This document shows positions 9,911 to 18,709 of a stretch of DNA of 64,000 bases, piece by piece. Position numbers and translations under genes: made by a program. Numbering within the stretch: the stretch's first letter is position 1; every line of letters begins with the position of its first letter. Where the stretch lies: NCBI GenBank assembly GCA_963760795.1, contig CAVXEP010000002.1:149331-213330 (forward strand), read 5' to 3'. Origin of the DNA: an uncultured delta proteobacterium. Lineage in GTDB: Bacteria; Desulfobacterota; Binatia; UBA9968. The notes under the pieces are model-generated. The model was given only the letters and a program-made list of their open reading frames with translations, searched no databases and had not been told where the DNA came from.

Positions 9911-10873
9911 TCACAGATCCAGTGTATTCGGCGCGAACAACTCTTCCGCGGTAACTTTTTTCTCCGCTAATCCCTGTTCGTACAGATAACCCAAAAGGGT
10001 TTCGACCACGTGGCGGTTCTTCTCGAAACCGTATGGCCACGGGTCGTCGCCGAGTATCTGCTGCTGTTCCTCCACCGGGCCGCGGAACCATGCCAAGCTG
10101 ATCTTGTAGGGCGACAAATCCTTCAACCGCGCGTAGGCGTCTTCCTTGGCGCGCTGAAAGGCTTTGAACAAGCTGCGCGCGACCCATGGATGGGCCTGCC
10201 AGACATCCTGCCTGAGCGCGACCGAGTGCATGATCGGAAAGATACCGGTCTTTTTGTAATACTCGGCCTCCACTTTGGGCGAGTCTTCAAACAAACGCCG
10301 CACATGAGGTGGCGGATTGAAGAGCGAGGGGAACAGGCTGGGAATCATGATCGCATCGAGCTCGCCGTTGAAAAGCATTTCATCGGGCTTTTTGTCCGGC
10401 GTCAGATGGCTGACTTTGTAGCGCTTGGGCAATTCCATCTCCATGCGCGAGCGCGGCACCCAGGTAAACCACTCGATGTCATTGAGATTGACGCCGTAGT
10501 CATGTTGCAGCGTGCCGCGCATCCACACCGTCGCGGTCTGTTGAAACTCGGCCAAGCCGACACGCTTGCCCATGAGATCCTTGGGCTCACGTATGCCGCT
10601 CTTGGTATTGATGAAAATATACGAATGGCGAAACGCCCGCGCCGGAAACACCGGGATCGCCGTCAGCGGCTTACCGAGCGACCGCGCGATAATGTACGAC
10701 GACAGGGAAATCTCCGAAGCGTCGAAGTCGTAGTAATTGAGCATGCGCGTCCAGATCTCCAGATGCGGCAAGGTCAACCAGTTGAGCTCGATCCCCTCAG
10801 GCGCGACCGAGCCATCGATCAACGGATGGGTCCGGTCATAATCGCCGCAGGCGATCGTGAGTTGTAGTGCCAT
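9911..10873 (-). CDS. 4,5-dihydroxyphthalate decarboxylase-like protein (SBP fold)
   Basis: LTIACGDYDRT, FDASEISLSSY, IPVFPARAFRHS, TGIFPIMH, GDDPWPYG; no signal peptide. Confidence 0.8.
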   Translation of the reverse strand: MALQLTIACGDYDRTHPLIDGSVAPEGIELNWLTLPHLEIWTRMLNYYDFDASEISLSSYIIARSLGKPLTAIPVFPARAFRHSYIFINTKSGIREPKDLMGKRVGLAEFQQTATVWMRGTLQHDYGVNLNDIEWFTWVPRSRMEMELPKRYKVSHLTPDKKPDEMLFNGELDAIMIPSLFPSLFNPPPHVRRLFEDSPKVEAEYYKKTGIFPIMHSVALRQDVWQAHPWVARSLFKAFQRAKEDAYARLKDLSPYKISLAWFRGPVEEQQQILGDDPWPYGFEKNRHVVETLLGYLYEQGLAEKKVTAEELFAPNTLDL

Positions 10874-11144
10874 GTGAAGACCTTTCTATTTGCCACGAAG
10901 GTGGTCGCGAAATTCGGAACATTGATTTCCGAAACTTTCGTGTGCTTCGAGTGAAATGTATCCTCTCTTCTTCGTCGTGAATACAAGCGTATGCCATACG
11001 CCGCTATTCAGATTTCCACTCAGAAATTTTTTGCACTCTTTGCGTCTTTTTCGGTTAATAGTCCGATTCCGACAGGGCCGGTCGCGACCGGCTTCTATTA
11101 TGCGTCATTTGCGTTCTTTGCGGCCAATCCTCTTCGTCCCGATC

Positions 11145-12548
11145 TCACGACAGCTTGTCAGGCCATTTTGCTAAAATCCGATCGCGCAGCTCCTTGCTCG
11201 ATCGCGACACCGGCGGGAAGGTTTCCTTCCACTCATAGGGACGCGTCGCATCGATGACGGCGCGCGAGTTGAACCCCTTGGCGTCTTTATGGATGATCGG
11301 GTCGAGCGGGCCGCTCCAGCAGCGCCGCAGGATTTCGATATCCTGTACCGGATCGGAGCGCGTGCACACCGCCCAGAGCACTTCATTCAAGTTGGTCGGA
11401 TCGATGTCGTCGTCGACGACGATGGTGTAGCGGCCCAGATAGGCCGCGGCGTGGCACTCGGTGGCGATCAAACCCGCCTGGCGCGCGTGGCCGGGATAGC
11501 GCTGCTTGATCGCCACGACGAGAAATAAATACGCCGCGCCGGCCGCCTCGTGGTACCACACGCCGCGGATATCGGGCACGCCGGCGGCTTCAAGATCGTC
11601 CCACACCAACGCGGCTTTGAGCGGCGCGCGCCATTTGCGCGTGTAGCCGAGCAAGATCGGCTCGTTGCGGTGCGCGACCTGGTGAATCTTGACGATCGGT
11701 TCCGGGCGCGACGAGCTGCCGTAGTAACCGGTCCACTCGCCGAACGGTCCTTCGATTTTTTCCGGACCGGGCACGCACTCGCCTTCGAGAACGATCTCCG
11801 CGCTGGCCGGGATCGGCAAGCCGGTGAATTCGCCGCGAATAACATCCACCGGCTCACCCTGGATGCCGCCGATGAAGTCGTACTCGCAGACGCCGTAAGG
11901 AACTTCCAGGGCGCCGGCGAGAAAGATCAACGGATCATGTCCGACGGAGATCGCTACCTTGAACGGCTCGCCGCGGGCGAACGCTTTGTCGCGGTGAATC
12001 CGCCCATGGCGTCCCGGCGCGATGTAGAAACCGACGGTATTCTCGTCGTGGATCATCACCCGCGCCGTGCCGAGATTGGTCCAGCCCTCTTCGGGATCGT
12101 GGGTAATATTCACGCTGCCCGTGCCGATATAGCGGCCGCCGTCGAGCTCAAACCAGCGCGGCGTCGGGAATTTCAAAATGTTGACATCCTTGCCGCGCTG
12201 AATATTTTCCAACACCGGCCCGTCGCGCACCAGCCGCGGCGGGATATGCTTCAAGTCCTTCGAGCGCCGGCGCCACTCCGAGACGAAATCCATGGCGCTC
12301 AAATTTTGCGCCATGCCGAGACTCAAAGCGAGCCGCTTGGTCGAGCCCAAAGAGTTGACCAACACGCGATAACCCTTGGGATAACCTTTGACCGAATCGA
12401 ACAGCACCGCCGGCGAACTGCCGCGCTCGTTGACGATGTCGGCCACCCCGCCGATTTCCAGATCCCAATCGGCGCCGTCGATGTTCCGGATTTCACCGAG
12501 TTCTTCCACTTCGTTCAGCCAACTTCTTAAACCGTCGGTTTGTTTCAT
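11145..12548 (-). CDS. UbiD-family (prFMN-dependent) decarboxylase
   Basis: DWDLEIG, PAVLFD, DGGRYIGT, AEIVLEG, EGPFGEWTGYY, IVVDDDIDP, VIDATRP. Confidence 0.93.
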   Translation of the reverse strand: MKQTDGLRSWLNEVEELGEIRNIDGADWDLEIGGVADIVNERGSSPAVLFDSVKGYPKGYRVLVNSLGSTKRLALSLGMAQNLSAMDFVSEWRRRSKDLKHIPPRLVRDGPVLENIQRGKDVNILKFPTPRWFELDGGRYIGTGSVNITHDPEEGWTNLGTARVMIHDENTVGFYIAPGRHGRIHRDKAFARGEPFKVAISVGHDPLIFLAGALEVPYGVCEYDFIGGIQGEPVDVIRGEFTGLPIPASAEIVLEGECVPGPEKIEGPFGEWTGYYGSSSRPEPIVKIHQVAHRNEPILLGYTRKWRAPLKAALVWDDLEAAGVPDIRGVWYHEAAGAAYLFLVVAIKQRYPGHARQAGLIATECHAAAYLGRYTIVVDDDIDPTNLNEVLWAVCTRSDPVQDIEILRRCWSGPLDPIIHKDAKGFNSRAVIDATRPYEWKETFPPVSRSSKELRDRILAKWPDKLS

Positions 12549-12570
12549 CGATTCACCATCGTGGCCTACG

Positions 12571-12670
12571 TTCAAGGTTCAAGGGTTCAAAGTTCAACGA
12601 CAGAAAATGAAGGGAACAACGCTGGCGCTCCTAATGACCGACCTTGAACCTTGAACTTTTGAACCTTGAA
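12571..12670. repeat. Heptamer tandem repeats (TTCAAGG / CCTTGAA) in inverted arrangement
   Basis: ttcaaggttcaagggttcaaagttcaa ... ccttgaaccttgaacttttgaaccttgaac; similar arrays near 4815-4845, 47145-47167 and 49120-49135. Confidence 0.75.
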
Positions 12671-12677
12671 CAGTTTC

Positions 12678-13634
12678 CTACAATCCCCTTTGCACTTCGC
12701 GCAGCAGCCGCAAGTCCAGTACGCGGCCAAGCGGCGCCTCATCTTTCAAATTCATCCGCTCGGTTTCGCGCTTGAGCGCATCGCGGATGCCCTTCTCGTC
12801 CATGCCGCCGTCTTTGGAGAATGCCGGCAGCATCGATTTGTACAGCTCATCGGCAGCCGCTGCGTCGACGCTCCACTCCTTGGCAATGAACTGGATGGTG
12901 TCCGCAGGCCGCTGCTGGATGAACCGCAAGCTTTTGATCGTCGCGCCCAGCATTCGCCTGACCAACTCGGGCCGGTCGCGAATCATTTTGTCCGACGTAC
13001 CCAAACCCGATAGAGACTGCTCGACGTAATCGCCGAAATACGCCAGCGTGCGGTAGCCCAATTGTTTTCCAAAGGCGTTGAACGGCGGCGACAGCACACC
13101 GGCGTCCACGGTGCCGGCTTTCATCGCAGTGAGAATATTCGCGGTCGTGCCGGTGCCGAGAAACGCCACATCGCGGTCCGGCACCAAACCATTTTTACTG
13201 ACCAGGAAGCGCGCCAACGTATCGGTGGATGAGCCGATGGCGGTAATGCCGATAATCTTGCCCTTGAGCTCGGCCATCGATTTAATCTCCGGCTTGGCCA
13301 TCAGCCAGAACGACGGCTTGATGGTGAGAAAGCCAACGACTTTCACCGCCAGACCGCGCGCCGCGCCGGCCATCACTTGAGATTGTGCTCCGGAAAAATC
13401 GATATCCCCTGTCGTCAGCGCCGCCACCTGGATCGTCGATGCGACCAGGATCATCTGCAAGTCGATATTTTCCGCCTGAAAGATTCCTTTGTCGCGGCCC
13501 AGCGTGACTGGCAGATAATTGAGACTCTTCGCGGGATAGGCAAACCGTACGCGATCGGCGCCAAGGATTCGAGTTGGCGCAAATAGACCAACGAGCAATG
13601 AAACAATAATGACGCAGCTACTTTTTATGATCAT
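12678..13634 (-). CDS. ABC transporter substrate-binding protein, NMT1/SsuA/THI5-like
   Basis: Signal peptide, KGIFQAENID, ALTTGDIDF, IKSMAELKGKIIG, GTVDAGVLSPPF. Confidence 0.88.
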   Translation of the reverse strand: MIIKSSCVIIVSLLVGLFAPTRILGADRVRFAYPAKSLNYLPVTLGRDKGIFQAENIDLQMILVASTIQVAALTTGDIDFSGAQSQVMAGAARGLAVKVVGFLTIKPSFWLMAKPEIKSMAELKGKIIGITAIGSSTDTLARFLVSKNGLVPDRDVAFLGTGTTANILTAMKAGTVDAGVLSPPFNAFGKQLGYRTLAYFGDYVEQSLSGLGTSDKMIRDRPELVRRMLGATIKSLRFIQQRPADTIQFIAKEWSVDAAAADELYKSMLPAFSKDGGMDEKGIRDALKRETERMNLKDEAPLGRVLDLRLLREVQRGL

Positions 13635-13750
13635 CGGCTATCTTTCTCTGTCCCCTCTTTGAAAAAGAGGGGTTAGGGGAGATTTTCTTCGTCGGTAGCG
13701 CGCCACGCAGAGGCATCTTCCTTAGGGGAAAGGATCGCCACGGGTCACAT

Positions 13751-14749
13751 CTACCGCATCCCCAAATCCTGCAATGCCTCGCGCAGCACGGCGAATTCCA
13801 CGACCCTGCCGACCGCCACCGCTTCTTTGACCTGCTGATCGCGCCTTGCCCGTTCGATATCACTTTCCAGGACTCGTTCGCCAACTACGCCGTTCAAGCT
13901 CATGCCTTTGACGTAAATATCATAGGACGCCTGGGCGATAGCGGGTTCGAGCTTCAGCCAGTCGGCGATGACGCGCACGCTGTCGGTTTTGTTACCGCGG
14001 ATAAAATTCTGCGCTTTCAACAGCGCACGGAGCATTTTTTTGACTTGGCCGGGCTTTTCTTTTAGCGTGTCATTGTGCAGTGCCAGCCCCGACACACTGG
14101 TCTCAAATACATCCGCAGCGGCCATCAAACGCACGAAGCCTTTGCTCTCCGCCTCGAAATTGAACGGCGGCGGTAAGATTGCCGCGTCGAGTCTGCCGGC
14201 GAGCAGTGTTTGAACGCGCTGGCCGCTGCCTGACACCTGGAAAGCCTGCGCATCTTTCTCAAGCGTCATGCCCGCCTGCGCCAGCATGGCGCGCAACATG
14301 TACTCGGTGGAGTCGCCATAGCCGGCAAAACCGATCACCTTGCCGCGCAGTTCGCCGACAGATTTTAACTCCCGCTTGGCGACCAGCACGTGCAACGGCC
14401 GGCCGTTGAAATAGGTGACAACCTTGATTGGCAAGCCTTTTACGCCGGCGCGCAACGCCGCGCCGACGGCGGTGGTGTAGCCGATCTCTTTGGTGGTGAC
14501 GGCGACGATGCCGATGTTGGTGGCGATGCGGATAATCTCGGCATCAATGCCTTCTTCACGGAAGAAACCCTTGGCATAGGCGAGCTGCGGCGCGATAAAA
14601 CTCAATGACAAGCTCGGCATGCCGATGCGCACTTTGTCGAGATTTTGTGCGTCAACGCTTTGCCCCCAAGCCAAAATCAAAAAGAATGCGATAGTATGAG
14701 CTAATGTCCTGGCCCGGAAATATGTAAAACAATGCGGCGGTCTTCTCAT
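13751..14749 (-). CDS. ABC transporter substrate-binding protein, NMT1/SsuA/THI5-like
   Basis: KGFFREEGIDAEI, LKSVGELRGKVIG, GRLDAAILPPPF; the ORF-track extension to 14860 is a translated REP. Confidence 0.87.
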   Translation of the reverse strand: MRRPPHCFTYFRARTLAHTIAFFLILAWGQSVDAQNLDKVRIGMPSLSLSFIAPQLAYAKGFFREEGIDAEIIRIATNIGIVAVTTKEIGYTTAVGAALRAGVKGLPIKVVTYFNGRPLHVLVAKRELKSVGELRGKVIGFAGYGDSTEYMLRAMLAQAGMTLEKDAQAFQVSGSGQRVQTLLAGRLDAAILPPPFNFEAESKGFVRLMAAADVFETSVSGLALHNDTLKEKPGQVKKMLRALLKAQNFIRGNKTDSVRVIADWLKLEPAIAQASYDIYVKGMSLNGVVGERVLESDIERARRDQQVKEAVAVGRVVEFAVLREALQDLGMR

Positions 14750-14837
14750 CGTCATGCCGGCGCAGGCCGGCATCCAGGTTCGCGACTTTTCTGGATTCCG
14801 GGTCGCGCTAGCTAGCGCCAGCTTGCCCGGAATGACG
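14750..14837. repeat. REP-like element (GTCATGCCGG/GGAATGAC family)
   Basis: cgtcatgccggcgcaggccggcatccagg ... ctggattccgg ... ccggaatgacg; related cluster at 56671-56783. Confidence 0.75.
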
Positions 14838-14963
14838 AATGTTTGAAGTTTCATTTCCATTTCATTCCCAACTCTCGCAGTGCTTCCCGCAACGGCCCCA
14901 GGTCAGTGACGTCACTCAAAACAAACTACCGCGTCGCTTTCATCTCTTTGGCGGCTTGCTCGA

Positions 14964-15927
14964 TCATCGTCCCTTGATGCCCAACTCTTTTTGTACTTCG
15001 CGCAGCAACGACAGTTCCGCGACTTCCGCCACGGCGATGTCTCGACTGAGATTTGCCTCAGCCTTGGCCTGATCCAACACCAGACGCAAGCCGCTCTCGG
15101 GAATCGCGCCGTCGACGATTGAACACTTTTACCGACGAATCGTAAGCCGCAGCGGCGGCGCTGCGGTCGCTGCGGCCCCACTGGGCTAAGATTTGAATCG
15201 ACTCGTCGCGGTTGTCGCGAATGAAGACGTTGGCCCGCACCAAGGCTTTAATGGTTCGCTTCACTTCATCGGGACGCTCGGTGATTTTTTTCACGCTGGT
15301 GCCCAAGCCGACAAACGGAAAGGTAAAAATCTCATAAGCGCGGGCGAGAATATTGAATCCCGCCTTGCGCCCTTCCGAGTCCACCGGTGGCGCGACCACT
15401 GTGGCATCGACGATGCCCTCCTTCAGCGCCGCGAAGCGGGCCCGGTCCGATCCCAAGGCGACGATCTTCATCTGTTTGTCCGGGTCGACGCCGTGGTGTC
15501 GCATCATCATGCGCGCGGAGATATCGTCCGAGGCGCCGTAAGAACCGACACCCATTGTCCGTCCCCGCAAATCTTTGACCGACTTGAACTCCGGTCGAGC
15601 GAGCAGCGCATGCGTCGAACCATCGATAAAACTGGCGACGACACGCACCGGCAAGCCGCGCACCGCCGCCCGCACCACCGAGCCAAACACCGTCGTATAA
15701 TCGATATCGCCGCTCGCCAACGCCGTAATCGACACCGGCGGGCGCATGGCGATGATCTCCGCATCGAGCCCTTCCTCACGAAAGAAACCTTTTTTAGCGG
15801 CGACGCCGGTCATCATGAAAGAGACGTTAAAGTTCGCCACGGCTACGCGGATTTTATCCGCGGCCGAGAGTTCGCCTCCGCTTAAACAAACAAGGACAAT
15901 CATTAGTCCGTTCAACCACGGCCGCAT
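14964..15927 (-). CDS. ABC transporter substrate-binding protein, NMT1/SsuA/THI5-like (frameshift near 15115)
   Basis: KGFFREEGLDAEI, ALASGDIDY, KSVKDLRGRTMG; true C-terminus ...LSLLREVQKELGIKGR in the shifted frame. Confidence 0.87.
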
Positions 15928-16022
15928 GATGTTTTTATTCCTTTTAACCCCGGTAGGCTTACACTAATTCAAAAATCGACTTGGCGATCGTGCCATAGCA
16001 TCGCCTCCGCATCCTCTCTCGC

Positions 16023-17010
16023 CTACTTAATCACTCTATCCGCCCGCACCAGCACATTCGGTGGAATTGTCACGCCGATCTGCTTGGCCGCTTTGAGGTT
16101 GACGATGAACTCGAACTTGATGGGCTGTTCCACGGGTAGATCGGCGGGCTTGGCGCCTTTCAAAATCTTGTCCACATACGTAGCAGCGCGCCGGTCCAAG
16201 TCGTTGAAATTCACGCCGTAGGTCATAAGCCCACCGGCTTCCACATAATGTCCCCCTTCGTATATCACCGGGAGCCGGTTCTTTACCGCGAGTTCGATAA
16301 TCTCTGTTCGGTGATCCCTGGCGATGGCGCCCGACACCATCATAAGGACTGCGTCAGCACGCCCCTTACCGGCGGCTTGGAACGCGGTCTCAATATCCTT
16401 GGGACTCAGGACGTCCAGGTATTGAAGCTTCACTCCGAACGCCTTTGCGGCGAGCTCGACCTCTTTTAACGATTGCGCGTTGCCCGGGTAGGTTGAAGTC
16501 CCGAAGACGGCCACGCGGGAGAGTTTAGGAATAGTCTCCTTCAAAAGCTCCAGTCGTTTTCCGCTTAACTCAGGGGCAAAGGTTGACAATCCAGTAATGT
16601 TTCCGCCCGGCCGCGCCAGGCTGGCGACGAACCCATTGCCAACAGGATCGGTATCCTGCGCCATGACAATGGGAATCGTAGAAGTTGCTTCCTTGGCGGC
16701 ACGGGTTGCTGTCGGACCGCCCGTGACGATCACGTCTACCTTGAGACGCACTAGCTCGGCCGCGAGCGCGGGGAGGCGATCGAGTTTTCCCTCCGCAGAT
16801 CGCAACTCAATAACAATGTTTTTCCCCTCCACATACCCAAGCTCGCGCAGACCCTGCCGGAATGCCTCGGTGCGGGCCAAGTCAGCGGAAGGGGAGGCGC
16901 CAATTAGGTTTGCTATCCGGGGGATCTTTCGTTGGCTGCTGCGCCGCTGCAGGAAAGCTAAGCGCAAAGAGCAAAACGCCAAGCGCAAGGCGAATAACTA
17001 TCTTACTCAT
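16023..17010 (-). CDS. ABC transporter substrate-binding protein (ABC_sub_bind/TrpX-like; frameshift near 16925)
   Basis: AFRQGLRELGYVEGKNI, LVRLKVDVIV, SLARPGGNITG, KILKGAKPADLPVEQP. Confidence 0.9.
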
Positions 17011-17091
17011 GAATTTTTTCGCCTCGCTTTCGCTGACTGCTGATCTCTGACGTCTGACTTCTGTCATTTGAACACCGCCCCCGCCCGGACC

Positions 17092-17589
17092 TTACGGTCT
17101 TTCCCTCTTCACCTGACCCTCCCGCGCCGCTTCGAGAATCGATTGCGCGATGGCGCCATAGGCACCGCAACGGCAAATGTTACCGCTCAACCACTCGGCG
17201 ATTTGCTCGCGGGACGGATTGGGATTGTTGATCAACAGCGCCTTCGCTGCCATGATCTGCCCCGGCGTGCAGTAACCGCACTGCGCGCCGATGTTGCGGA
17301 TGAAGGCCTCTTGGAGCGGATCGAGTTCATCACCGCGAGCGACGCCTTCGACCGTCAGCACCGATTTTTCATTGGCTTCGAAGGCCAGGTAATTACAAGC
17401 ACTCACCGCGCGATTATCGACCAACACCGTGCAGGCCCCACAGACTTCCGACTCGCATGAGCGTTTCGTGCCGGTGAGGTGAAGACGCTGCCGCAGGAAT
17501 TCAAGCAAGGTCTCTTCAATGGCAACCTCGCCCGACCAAGCTTGGCCGTTGACGGTCACCGTAAGATTGAATGACGATCGGGTTTCCAT
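17092..17589 (-). CDS. Molybdenum hydroxylase small subunit, 2x[2Fe-2S] (CoxS-like)
   Basis: GTKRSCESEVCGACTV...C and QCGYCTPG...GNICRC. Confidence 0.93.
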   Translation of the reverse strand: METRSSFNLTVTVNGQAWSGEVAIEETLLEFLRQRLHLTGTKRSCESEVCGACTVLVDNRAVSACNYLAFEANEKSVLTVEGVARGDELDPLQEAFIRNIGAQCGYCTPGQIMAAKALLINNPNPSREQIAEWLSGNICRCGAYGAIAQSILEAAREGQVKRERP

Positions 17590-17597
17590 AGACCCCG

Positions 17598-18467
17598 CTA
17601 ATCTCCTCCGCTTTTTTCGCCCGCCGCCTGCACCAACGCATCGCCCAGCATCACTCCGGTCATATACATCTTGTACTCCGCGCTCCCCAGCAAATCATCA
17701 ACGGGACGCAACACATCGCGCAGATATTTTTTCTCTTCTGCAATGATCCTTCCTGCGTCCGTCAGCGTCACGCCGCCAAGCTTCTCCTCAAGACCGATTA
17801 AGCGTTGCGCCTTCGGTCCAACGCAGCCCACGGCCAAGCGCGCCTCGGCAATCTTGGCGTTATCAATTCGCGCCGCCACGGCGACCCCAAGCGTCGGGCG
17901 CTGATAGCGATGCAGCCGCAGGTACGCACTCGTCATCCCGGCAGGCAGCGACGGAATCTCGACTTCGAGCAACAGCTCGCCGGCTTCGAGCGCGGTAGCG
18001 TACATATCGACAAAAAAGTCATCGAGCGCCAAGCGTCGCTCGCCGTTTGCGTTGCCAATCGTCACCGCAGCCTTATGAACCAGCAACACCGTGCCCGGAT
18101 CGGAATGCGGATCGTTGAAGGCGAGATTGCCGCCGAGCGTGCCTTGATTGCGCACACGGATATTTGCGACCTGCGATTCGGCGTACGCGAAGGCAGGCGC
18201 ATGTTCTCGAACTAGCGGGTTAGACTCCAACTCGCGATGGGTCACGCAAGCACCGATCCGCAGCAAGCCATTTTCTAAAGTTACCGAGTGCAGCCGCTCG
18301 ATCTTCTTGAGATCAACCAAGATTTCCACATCGAGCAAGCCATTGCGTAGCAGCAACAACAACTCCGCGCCGCCAGCGTAAAATTTGGCCTTGTCGCCAA
18401 ATTCCGCGAGAGCTTGGGACGCCTCATCAACAGTGGTTGGCTGGATTAATTGTAATGGCTGCAACAT
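17598..18467 (-). CDS. Molybdenum hydroxylase FAD-binding subunit (CoxM-like)
   Basis: YAGGAELL, LRIGACVT, VRNQGTLGGNL, DPHSD. Confidence 0.92.
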   Translation of the reverse strand: MLQPLQLIQPTTVDEASQALAEFGDKAKFYAGGAELLLLLRNGLLDVEILVDLKKIERLHSVTLENGLLRIGACVTHRELESNPLVREHAPAFAYAESQVANIRVRNQGTLGGNLAFNDPHSDPGTVLLVHKAAVTIGNANGERRLALDDFFVDMYATALEAGELLLEVEIPSLPAGMTSAYLRLHRYQRPTLGVAVAARIDNAKIAEARLAVGCVGPKAQRLIGLEEKLGGVTLTDAGRIIAEEKKYLRDVLRPVDDLLGSAEYKMYMTGVMLGDALVQAAGEKSGGD

Positions 18468-18524
18468 CGTTGTTTCTTCAGGTGATCGGCAAATCTGAGC
18501 AAAGTATTTGTATTCTCATCTTGC

Positions 18525-18618
18525 TTCCTCTCCCTCTGGGAGAGGACTGAGGTGAGGGCGACTTTCATCTCACAAGGACCCTCACCCTTCCCTCTCCCAT
18601 CGGAATGGGCGAGGGTAA
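18525..18618. repeat. REP-like palindrome pair (CCCTCACCC/CCTCTCCC-GGGAGAGG family)
   Basis: cctctccctctgggagaggactgaggtgaggg ... ccctcacccttccctctcccatcggaatgggcgaggg. Confidence 0.7.
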
Positions 18619-18709
18619 CACAGAATTGGTTCACTCCACCTCGCTGCTATCTGATCGAAGTAAATTCCAATTTTTCATTTTGCATTTTTACTTTCGCCTT
18701 GTTCCTTTT

